Origin: Balanoglossus misakiensis
Taxonomy: Eukaryota; Animalia; Hemichordata
Assembly (NCBI GenBank): GCA_040954595.2
Contig: CM082583.2
Coordinates: 2,799,060 to 2,863,059, forward strand
DNA: 64,000 nucleotides
Direction: 5' to 3'
This document shows, in pieces, positions 19,517 to 31,300 of this stretch. Position 1 is the stretch's first letter. Each line of letters starts with the position of its first letter. The notes under the pieces are model-generated. The model saw only the letters and a list, made by a program, of their open reading frames with translations, made no database searches and was not told the origin of the DNA. Both the position numbers and the translations under genes were made by a program.

Positions 19517-20054
19517 ATCGAAGACAGTGCATTTGTAGGGCTTCCTTTCTGGTTGACGGCGATCACTGTGCAGCTCAAAAAGCAACATGGAATTTTCATA
19601 CAATTTTCTCGGTAACATTAACCACTTTGGCAAAATTATAGTAAACAACGCATGGTGTTTATGCGATACAACTTAAGTAGAAGATTGACAATGGCTATCG
19701 AATTTGAAAAACGAAATTTTTGAAGGGTACAAACGCGACACACTTGAAGCATAAGGGACCGTTCAGTTTTTACGGCCGGGGGGGGGGCAAAATCCAGGGG
19801 GGGGTCACTTAAATTTTGAAGTCCACAAGGGGGGGGGGGTCATCTGTTTTTTTTAAACGTTTAGGGGGGGTCACATACTTTTGCCACTGAACTTTTGCTT
19901 TTGAGTCCACAAAATTGCAGTTTCGCGCCCTTTATTTTACAAAATTTTCCAATGTGGGAGGGGGACACCCCCTCCCACACCCACCCCCTACATTCTCCGC
20001 CACATTTCATTTTTTGTACCAGGGCAGAGTCCCTGCCACCCCAAACCCTTACCC

Positions 20055-21112
20055 CAGTCAGGACGTAAGTGGGGTAATTAAACAGCAGGGGATCATGCAA
20101 TGCAATAGTCTAGAATCTACCCTACTGAATGCGACTACAAACAGATAGATTCTAGACTAGCAATGCAAACACTTAAACTGGCCAGTAACGTTTGAATTGC
20201 TCATTTGCATACAGTTTTTCAACTTTTTTCACAACGAAAGTTAAGCAACTTGCAATCCATTTCTGACAATTATTTCACCCCAGGCACATTACTGGTACTA
20301 TGAGTGTACTACATGTGATTTTTCATGAAGTTTTATCGAGAAGAATTTCTTTACTTCCACTGACAAAATTGTGATCACGAAATTCAAAGTGACCTTGAAG
20401 TTAAAAAATCAAAAAAAAAATATCAGACATACCCACACAAAAATTAACCCCCTCAGGTTTTAAAAACATTATTATTAAACTCCTCTATTCATAATTTTGA
20501 CATGAATATATCCATGCCGAGAGTCAAGGACCACAATTTACAGTGCCATAGGTCAGTCCTGAGAAGTCAGTCAGCGTGGACAGTGTATAGACTCCGTATG
20601 TAATATGCTAACATAACGACGCGTTGAAAAGGAAGCCATTACGTCATGGGTTAACATGCGTTGACCTACTTCAATGACAATGCATACACATATGGCAAAC
20701 ACGGCTGTACTCGTCGATGGCGAAGGCAATTTTTACACCGTCATTACTCCACAACGGAACGGCTCACAACATTATAATTTCACGGTAACTTAGTTAATAT
20801 CTTCCTAACCTACCCAATTTTTTTCAAGACAAGACATCTTTGCCGAGAGTCAAGGACCACAATTTAAACCAACATACCGAAACTGTCTATCTCGGGAATG
20901 CGTCCTTAAAACTTCACGAAAAATCATCCTATCATTGACTATGGTGTTTCATACACGTCTTAGAAAAATGGGTGCACTACGATCACTTGTAGTACCGAAA
21001 ATCTCCGTTTGAAAATTTTTCGAACTGGCCGTAACTGCCACTCAGCGACGTTCACATTCAAATAGATCTCTTTGATCTCACCGCCGTAATTACCCCACTT
21101 ACGTCCTGACTG
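20055..21112. mobile_element. Nested TIR element with CAG..CTG ends and 5-bp TSD (hAT5-like or Transib-like)
   Basis: 26-bp TIR CAGTCAGGACGTAAGTGGGGTAATTA; TSD TACCC; internal direct repeat TGCCGAGAGTCAAGGACCACAATTTA at ~20515 and ~20841. Confidence 0.8.
20106..20159. mobile_element. 54-bp mini-MITE with TAG..CTA ends and 9-bp TSD
   Basis: TIR TAGTCTAGAATCTA; TSD GCAATGCAA. Confidence 0.75.
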
Positions 21113-22552
21113 TACCCCACCGATGATAATATTTAACAAAGTGAATACATAAAGGAGAATAATTGTTAAAACCATTTTGCATAACTGATAGTTTCACGCT
21201 GCATCTTCTATATACTAGAAGTTTTATAAATGATGTCATGACGAAGATGACGCCAAATCTTCTAAGTTTGAGTGGAGTGGCAAAAAGTAAAATTGGTCCT
21301 CCCAAACATTGAGATAATTTGCTTTTGAGTTCATTAAAATGTAACTTTGCGCTACATATTTTACAAAATTTTCTTACGTTGGAGGGGAACACCCCCTCCC
21401 ACACCCAACCCCTCCATTCTTCGCCACATTGCATTTCTTCACTGGTTTGTCTAGTTTACCAGGGAAGACTTCTTGCCACCCCACCCCCGATGCTTACTTA
21501 GTGGAGTGGCAAAATTAAAATTCGTCCTACCTAACATTGAGTTAATTTGCTTTTGAGTTCATTAAATTGCAACTTTGTGCACCGTATTTTACAAAATTTT
21601 CTTATGTGGGAGGGGAACACCCCCTTCCACACCCACCCCCGGCACTTTTCTTGTTTTACCGATTCTAGCAACTATTGTAATGACTTGTCATTTTAATTTT
21701 TTCATAGATTCTTTATTGCAACGATATACTATTATATACTTCAATAATACTTTAAGAAATTTTTAATTGGGGTGTCAGGAGCCTCATTCCCTTTATTGCA
21801 TACAGTGTACATAGGATCAGGACGGCAAATGTTTTGGGCGTGGGGGGGGTCATCATATTTTTGGGTCTGTCAAAGGGGGGGGGGTCATCATTTTTTGGTC
21901 CTGGGTGAAGGGGTGGTCGGCCTGATTTTGAGAACCGATGACACAAACTTGCCGCCCCCCCCCCTGCCGTAAAAACTGAACGGTCCCTAATTAACACACC
22001 CGATCACACTGCCATCTTGGAAAGCGCTCGCTCGCTCGAAAATGGTTTTGCATTTTTCATAAAAGTTGAACATTTATATGTCACCAGTCATGTCCTTCTA
22101 GCTCAAGAATTTAGTACTAAAGATCACCAAAACCAATACAAGACTTATCATGATCAAGAGAATGACAAATCGCCCATTTCACTTTGAAGCCACCTTATTT
22201 ACGTTAGGCCACCATTTGTTTCAGTGTAAAATCAAACAACGATGCAAATGACCGATTTCTGAACAAGTATAATAGAACGTTCATTTTCGACACCTTATAT
22301 ATAGGAGTTATCATACATAGCTCTTGGTAACAGTTATCGAGAAAAAAAAAACATCGAAAAAAGGGTACAATTAAAGCGGTCCCAGAAACGCCCACAAAAT
22401 GTGTATGCCCACAATCCACAGTTGAAAATTACAATGCCTGTGAGTGCTACAAGAAGCGATTTGATACGCAAAATGCGCACTTCCCTTGTTTTTAAAAACA
22501 TGAATGAATTTAATGTACTGAATTGGATTATGCTAGCCTTGAAACATAACTA

Positions 22553-23178
22553 CCGTAGTTGCCCGGGTAAGAACCCCTGCTCGGACAAACGCCCCCCCCC
22601 CCCCCCCCCCTGGTTTTAGGGCCCATTTGTAGATCGAGGCCATATCCGGTCTAAAGCCCCCCCCCCCCCCCCCGGACGAATATCCATTAAATTCTTGGAA
22701 ATTTAATAAAGTGCAATGCAAAAAAGGCGGATTTTCATCCCCAAAGTCACTAAAAGTGAAAAAAAAAATGTATGATGATTTACTTTCGCGCTGATTATCG
22801 TACCCACCGCGGCCGACTGGCCACGCTGAGTTATATATAGCCGCTCTAGAAAACATGACCTCAGACAGGTCCCTCGGGACCGTGCCTCGAATTCAACGAT
22901 CACGTAGATGGACGCGCTGCCGCGTGTGAGGTCACCGGGGAGCTTTCCAAAGCGGCCGCGTGGAGCTGCTTCAGTCCGTCCTCGACGCGAAACACCCAAC
23001 ATTGGAAGATCCCGACTTGGACTCGGAGAATGAACCACTCAAAAATTTGCATAAAAGTCGAGGTGGTCATCCCTCATTTGCATAAATATCGAGGCCATAT
23101 CCGGGCTAAAGCCCCCCCCCCTGTTTTTTCGCTAATCTGTTGGCCCAGCACCCGGGGCTCTTACCCGGGCAACTACGG
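22553..23178. mobile_element. Tc1/mariner (Tc2/pogo-like) MITE
   Basis: TA followed by TIR CCGTAGTTGCCCGGGTAAGA; matching TCTTACCCGGGCAACTACGG at the right end (right TA degenerate). Confidence 0.75.
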
Positions 23179-24821
23179 GAAAATCATCGTAGATAGTAGA
23201 GCGACAAGGTCAACTCTAAGATGGTCAGGTGACCATAATGCGCATCCTACAGCTAATCCTCTCGTTCACACATCCGAACAATAGGCGATTCCGGACCTTC
23301 TTTCTTGAGGGACTGTGATGCAATATGACATGACCATTTGTCAAGTACAACTTAGGCTGTACCATTCCCTCGTGGCGATGTTTAGCATTCGGGTCAGCAA
23401 TATGATAAAAATCATGACTTTATAATGACTATAAATGACTCTACTTTATTTACGAAACTAAATAATTACAGCCATTTTAAAAACAATCCAAACCTAAACG
23501 TAAACTCAAATCCCAATGACAACCTTCGCCACCAGACAATGGTACAGTCCAAAGTCGGCTCACCTGGCAATACTACTGTAGTACAATGTCCGGATAGCCA
23601 ACAAATACTTGAAAAATGCTAATTTTTGTAGATCAAATCCCAGAAAGAAAGGATGAATACCTGCATAGGAAATCCGGTCGACTAATCAGCTGCACAATGC
23701 CCAATCCCAAAATGACACTGAAATCTTCGGAAATAGGATCAGGACTAACAATTACAGGTCATCCTATATGTTCACTCTTCGTGTGAACTAAAAAGTTACA
23801 GTGTACCCGTTTTCAACATCTATTAATCACAAAGTTCAATAGTACAGAGATGGGTCAGGCATTGGCCATATTCTCATGCCTACATCATTGGAAGTGATTC
23901 CACAGTATTTAAAACACTGCTTTACTAGTAGACGCATGTGTGACATCATGAATAATAGTGGCCAAATTCTACCCTCAAATCACTCCTGGGGTACCGAGAA
24001 CTTCCTCTGTATGATATGTTTCAGTTATCAATAGTGGAAGCCCAATTGACATGGTAATCGCACATTCGCAATTGAAGAATAATAGCTGTCAGTTCTGTTT
24101 CCTGAACTTTGCTGTTATTGATTGAGATAAGTGGAAAGTACAGTCAAACGGTCAAAGTTATTGCTCTTTTGAAATTTGATTTTATGACTATTTTTAAATC
24201 AAGATCCAGACTCCACTAAGTCACTCAAAATTCAAGGACTTTGTAGGGGCTTTACTATTGCTTTTCAGCTGTATTTTAAGTAAAATCATTTCTACGTTTT
24301 ATAATGCACTATACTTGTCCTAACATTTTAAAACTTAAAACTGCACAGTTGATGGCAAATACCATTTTGGGTATATTTTCACTTTGTAAAAAATAAATAT
24401 CAATATACAAACCTTTAACATGAAAAGAATTGCCCTACCCATGGATTCGGGTTAAATTTGCCCATATAACAATATAAGGCTTCATAGAAAAAGTTTGATG
24501 GTAAACAACATGTTTGAATGAACCATCATTACTACACGGAAACTGTAATCACTAAACCAATCATGTCGCACTAATTGTGTTTATGAAGATATATGGGTAC
24601 GTACTCATAAAATTTATTATTTCATTTTTTTACATACTGAACCATGACAACTGACCAAGTCACTCATGAGTTATTTTATTTTGGGAAGTAACAAAAGTTA
24701 GGAGTTTTATGCTACAAAGTAAATTGTCATCAACTGGGCAGCTTTAAGTGAATAAAGTTTCAAAGACTTTCCAGGAGTACTTTTCCCCTGGACTTTCAAG
24801 AACTTTACAGAAATGGTTTAA

Positions 24822-25089
24822 CGCGCCTAGCTCGACTCACACGCATGTTCCAGCTGTAGCCGCTGGTTACAGACGTTTTGTGAACAGTCAATCCCATAAG
24901 GCAGTGCTCACACAAGATGGCGGCGATCATAATCTGTGTCGGAGATCGGGAAAAGACACTAGCTTGGGTGAAAAGGAGGGACAAAACCAGAATCTACTTA
25001 TACGGTGCGCATGAAATATGGAAGGAAGCGAAGGCAGTCCACAATTTGAATGGAAATTACGCGCATGCATGTGAGACGATCTATTGCCT
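24822..25089 (+). mobile_element. TTAA-flanked MITE (Kolobok-like), downstream of the MYDGF stop
   Basis: TTAA on both sides; degenerate TIR ..GCCTAGCTCG.CTCACA.GCATG; inverted sister copy at 25640-25961. Confidence 0.75.
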
Positions 25090-25302
25090 TTAAATATTCA
25101 AGGATTTCCCAGAAGTGCATGAACCCTTCAATCATACATTTGTAGTGTCTTTTCCACAGCAGTTTGACACACATTATAAATGGGCCATTCCAAGCAGAAA
25201 GGGGTCTTATGGGAGCGCGATACTTTATATGACCATAAGACCCTCTCTGCTTGGGATGGCCCAAATAATCATATGACAGTATTCTGATGCATCTGCTCAC
25301 AG

Positions 25303-28300
25303 CTAGAGTTCAGTCTTCTTTGTTGTCATTGCATATACCATGATCTTGGTGAGTTGTGATCGGAACTGGCCCTCATTAGATGACACTGAAACCAATCAGA
25401 ATATCAGGTCAATAATAGAGGGAACAGACAAACAAACACACAAACAAACAAACAGACATACATGTATACATATAGACTGTCACCCATTGCTCACACTTTC
25501 TTTGTCTAAATTTAATAGTGATCTTCAGCAATGCTGATAGCAAAGCACCTGGGTAAGCTGGGTCATCGAGTGTCAAAGACGCTAGCAACTGTTTTACCAT
25601 GCTACACGTTGAAGTACCCAAGTACACAGTTGTCTTTAAAGTGCCTAGCTCGTCTGACATGCATGACAGTTTTCCCTGTGAATAGCCAGCAAATGTTCAG
25701 CAAATTTTCTGTCCGATGCATTCAAATAGTGGACTGCCTTCGCTTCCTTCCATATTTCATGCGCTACGTATAAGTAGATTCTGGTTTTGTCCCTCCTTTT
25801 CACTCAAGCTGGTGTCTTTTCACGATCTCCGACACAGATTATGGTCGCCACCATCTTCTCTGTTGTTAGGACAGAGCACTGTCTTATGGGATTGACTGTT
25901 CACTAAACGTTTGTGACCAGCGGCTACAGCTGGAACATGCATGTGAGATGAGCTAGGCACTTTAAAGAAACTCATTTTTAATGACCAAGCTGTGCAATCC
26001 ATATAGGCAAGACAAGTTGGCTGAGGTACTTCAGGAATATGTGACCTAAAAAAGGAACTTTTATAAAATATTCCTTTTAGTCATGCCCATTACACTGCAG
26101 GAGTATGGTTACTACATTTGTAACTCTATATCTGAATGCCTTCATCAGGAAGAATCATATTGAAGCCAAACATTTTCATGAATGTATGGGAGTATCCAGT
26201 GATTGGGAAGTCAACGCGCCCTGCGCCATAGTCGCATTGAACTGAAAAGTGACGCATTGAAATTTGTTACTTTGCGCCCGAAGTGCGCATTGAAATTTGA
26301 GTCCGAAATACTTAGGAAAAAAATTTTTGTTTAGCATCCTCGCCTATAATGCCATCAAGGCGTCCTATAAATAGCCTCATTTTATGGTGCCCATAGTAAC
26401 ACGTACAAATTGCAACAAGTAACGCAGCTCAGCGTACCGATCGCAACAAGTTATCTAAACTTGACGAAAGATGTAGCAACTTTTGTTGGAGGTCATGCCA
26501 TGCGTTCGAACGCGTCTGCAAAATACTTGCACACGGGATAGCAGACGGCAGACACCCGTGATGTTGATTTTGAGTCAAAAAGAAGCATAAAAGGAAGGCA
26601 TCTCTTTTCAGCAGCAAGACTGTCGTTTCCATCATCAATTTGTGGATTTTATCAAGCATAAAATCTTCGCTTTTGCTCACTTTTGCTCGTCCCCTTGCAT
26701 GCTATTGTGTTATCCAGTCAAGTGAGAAAAATAGCAATCATTGTTTTCAAACTTGTTCCTGTACAGCCATTCTTCAATTAATGAGTATGGTTTTAGTATA
26801 ACCCAGGCAAAATCTACATCAAAATGTCTGACTATTTCCACTGACTTCGATGGAAAGAAGAGACTGATAAACACATGTTATATAGACATGTAAATGACAA
26901 TATAAACAATTTTGAACTGATGATATTTTGCATCTAAATTTCATTCGATTTTTTGTCGATACTGTAGGGCTCATTACAAATTTTGAATGTCCCATTGAAG
27001 TTCAAAATGGCCCATTCATTTTGGCTGGGATGGGGCCATTGGCACATTGGTGTTTTCAGACTTCCCAATCACTGAGTATCTCGCAATTGATAATTGCATA
27101 AGTTTTTTGTGGCGCTGTATGTTAATTAGTTAATTAATAAATTAATTAATATTGTATTCCCATAAGTGAGTCTTTATTTATAATTCAAAAACATTAAATT
27201 TAATAATACTGACCCCCACAAACTAAATTTTCATTTAAAAGACTGAGTACTGGTAGTTTACTATCTCACCTTTATTTTTTACTTTATCAACTGAATATTC
27301 TTCTGGTCGGAGTATAGTGTCAGCATCTCCCTGTCAAATAATGAAGACCAATACTTTACAGATTCATGTATGTATACATAATATGCAGTTTACATGAACA
27401 AAATATATGTTTTCCCTCAATGAAAAACAAAGTCTGCATGAAGGTATTGTTAAATCCAGTTATTTTACCAAACTTGAATACAGCCGCGTTCTTTTAAAAC
27501 GAGCTGCATGAAATCAGCGTGTATTTGAACGGTCGCTGTAAATTCCAACATGGCGGATACTGTATTTTAAGGCGTTGACTAGTGTTTCTTACAAAATCCA
27601 TCAATCGTAAACACAATTTTCTAAATCATGTTCCGGTTTAGAATATTAGAACTCTGTATGCCATGAAGTCTAGTCAACAGAGTGCCAAAACAAGGCAGCT
27701 TACTTTATTACCAGAAGTCAACATAGAGGGCAGTATTACAGATAGTAATGTACAAGGCATTCATAGTAACATACATTACACCCCGTTTCTACATTGTGTG
27801 AATAAAAGAAACAGGCAGTGACACTGCTGAATCAGTCTGTTCACATCAAATATTTTCATTGTACATGTAAATGTGGCTTGGAACAACCAAGCTGTCACTG
27901 CGTTCAATTTCAGGTGAATCTTATATCGAAAACCTGTTTCGTTCTGGATTCAGATTGTAACTAATCTGCTGCACTGCTTATGTCTAACTGCCAGTAGGCC
28001 TCTGTGTTTTATAGAGTACAACTCTGGACTGGACGCTGGTGATATAGCTCAACATGGTACGTACAATAAAAACCAAATACATAAAACATTGTGCTTCAAA
28101 AAAAATTGTTTGCTGATACCATTAATATTCTGGGGTACATAAAAACCAAATATATAGGATAATTGTTTCCTGGTCGGTTTTTTCTGAAGCATATAAATAT
28201 GCCTATTTCAACAAGGCAACAGTGGTTAAGTAAGGTCACCTCTACCAGGTTCCTTGAACTTTCTCAATTTTAATAATATCATAGAATTGGAACCCCCAAA

Positions 28301-31300
28301 TCTCTGATCCATAGCAAAGAATTATTAATAGGATCATAGCATCAAATAACTTAAGATCAGTCACCCGTATCTTTTTGCCCGTTGCTATGGGTCATTTTGG
28401 GACATTACACCCCGATTTGGACTAAACTGTTTTCAGAGTCTAACAAGGGGCTGGTAACTAGTTGAAAATCTGCACGATCGTGAGCGCGCGCCCCCTGATG
28501 CCATTGATTTGCAAATTAGCTAGGTCAAATTTCAAAAGCCTAAGGCTTTTTATTCCGTGACCTCCAAAATGAACTTGATACCTATTCATTAGTTGCTCGA
28601 ACCAGAGAAGATCGTGAAGGATTTTGTTTTCGAATATGATCGTTTCAGCATACCCGTACTACACCTGAAAAAGTCACCGATTTTGGGTGTTTTTGGACGC
28701 ACTCTTCCACCGGTATCGCTTCTTAGCAAACTGAAAAACGAAAAAACGATCCGTCACACTGTGCGGAAGTGCGTTCTCAACAAGCAGGTCAAATTTGAAT
28801 GGCGTACGTGGCCTATGAAAAAAGCCTTAGGGATTTTTGTGAACGGTACAAAATCTCTGTGTACAAAACATTGGATTTTTAGCGTTCGATCCAGTTACTC
28901 AAGTGGATGAGATCATGTTTTGTTTATGAAGTTTCATAACAGGAAATGCAACATTTTCGTTGTTTCTTGCATTTTCCTATGGTGGCGGCCATAATCGCTT
29001 GCGGCAAAGCTTTATTATTTATCTGGTTAAAACTTGCGTATGCACTCATATTTAGGGTTTATAATGCTTGTGTATAGTTCACTGCCTTCATCTGCATGGA
29101 CTAATGGTAGTACAGTTTGAAACAAAAATTATGATAATTATCCCAAAAGATGCAGCTTATGTGCCTTTAAAATGACATTTAAATGAAATAAAATCCAGCC
29201 GTCAGGCAAGTGCTATATGGAGCAAATAATACCCAAATCGAGTGTATACCCGACTGAGGCGGGGGTTATTGCTATTATATTATATCAACAATTGTTTTTG
29301 TGGCATATCAGTGTCATTTTCTTACCGAAACGGCAACAGAAAGAGAAATTACGATCGTGAACCAACATGGCAACGATGAATGTAAACACGAGCGGGCCGC
29401 GATCCAGCCGGGATCGAGCATTAAACATGAAGCAGACAACAAAAAGTGACAAGACGGGCATCGAGCGTGGCAAAGTGACAAAAATTTCCACAGTATTTTT
29501 GTTTTATTTATTTGGTTTAAACACGCACGACTGCAGTTTAACTGCACATTTTTGCTGCCGTATGCTAGTTCAGGGGCCCGTAGACAATTTTATTTAGAAT
29601 GTGGATGTGCCCATCCTAATGAAAGCTGCCAACCCCCTTAGAATAATAGTACAGCCTACACGTTGATCACCTGATCGCATCACCCTGTCTCACTTGGCTA
29701 TGGCTGCCGTGATCCCAGGGCGCCCGGTTCAAATTTCTGGCGGTGAAATTGTTTTTTTCGGCGCATTTTCGCAAATCGTACTGTTTTATAGGTAGGCATG
29801 TATGATAAAGGGGTTATTACACGAATTTTTGTTTTATAACGCGACGCATTCTCGTGATGTCCATATTTTGACTTGTTGATTCGTCTATAACCCCTAATTA
29901 ATAAATTAAAAAATTATAAATATAGAAATTGCATATAATTTGCATCAATTATCATTCTAATATTATTTTTCCAATTCATTTTGTTCTTTATATCGATTAA
30001 TTTCCTGCTTGCAATGTCACCTGTAATTTTCATTCTGGTGTGTCACTGTATTCAGGAAATATCACATACACAATCCACCAACAAGATCTGACTGTAAAAT
30101 CAGCTTCTGGAAAAAGTGACCCTCCCCCAAGTAGGTTTGTAAAAAGTGACCCACCCCCTGATTCCGCCGGCCCACCCACCCCCATCGTAATTACTGAAGG
30201 CTCCCTTATAGTATTAAGAGTGCGAGAAAAGTGCTGACTCAGCATTTTGCTCATTCCCCTAACTGTATTAGAACACTATATAAACATACTTACAAAAGCT
30301 GCTGCTTCTTCTAGTCGTGCTCCTTTGATTTTTAATTTGAACTTTTGGAAAAACAGGTAGGATCTACCACCAGGCCTTTCAACAGTACAAGAATAGGAAC
30401 TTGTATCTGGACTACTTGATATCATCATTACCCAACCCTGGAAGAAAGAGGAAAAATAGCGTCAAGGACACTGTGGTCCCATTTGAGGATTATGCGGAAA
30501 CAGTGACACACCAGAATGAAAATTACAGGTGACATTGCAAGCAGATATGATCTTACCATATAGAAATATGGAATGTAAAAAAATTAACAAGGAACATGCC
30601 CAATAAACTGTCATGTGTCATGGCAGTCTTACAAGTGGTGCTAGGAAAAAAATGACCAAAAATTGTCTGTAAAAAACACATATGAGAAGCAACTTTTTTC
30701 AGTCAGCCCTGGAACACATAGACAGACAGACACTGACCTGCCACTGGTAATTAAAAATTTAATAGCTGGTGGTCTCTGTAATAGCTGGCCTATTAAAGTT
30801 ATGTAAACATGTCTAAGTTGGGGGTAACAACTCTTTGTAAACAGTAACTTTCAAAACAACTGGACAATTGGTTTAGGAAAAGATTTGCTAACCAAAAACA
30901 AAGAAACTTACAAAAATAACTCGCTAAATTTTGAATATTTCTGATATTATAAATAAATAATAATAATTTATTTATAAAGCGTCAGTATCCACAAAAATGT
31001 GATCAATGACGCTAAAAGCAAATTATACACTACAACAATTGGCAGATTTAAAAAGTAAAGTTTTAACATTTGATTTAAAAACAGATAAATTTGGTGCCTG
31101 AATTTGGTGCCTGTATCAGAATCGAATAAAAGTTGCACATATACATGTATGTGTTATGAAACTTTATCCTAAATTTCAAAGCAATCAGAGAAAAAAACAA
31201 TTTTAAAGCAATCCAACAAGCAGTTTCACAGAAAATATTTGTTCAAAAGTGGCAAAAACACAAATATGCAAATATCACCAAAATTGTACAATATCTTACT

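Larger units (their letters stand above)
19755..21987. mobile_element. Non-autonomous PIF/Harbinger-type element carrying nested insertions
   Basis: TIR GGGACCGTTCAGTTTTTACGGC; TAA TSD; shorter sister copy at 37716-38430. Confidence 0.85.
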
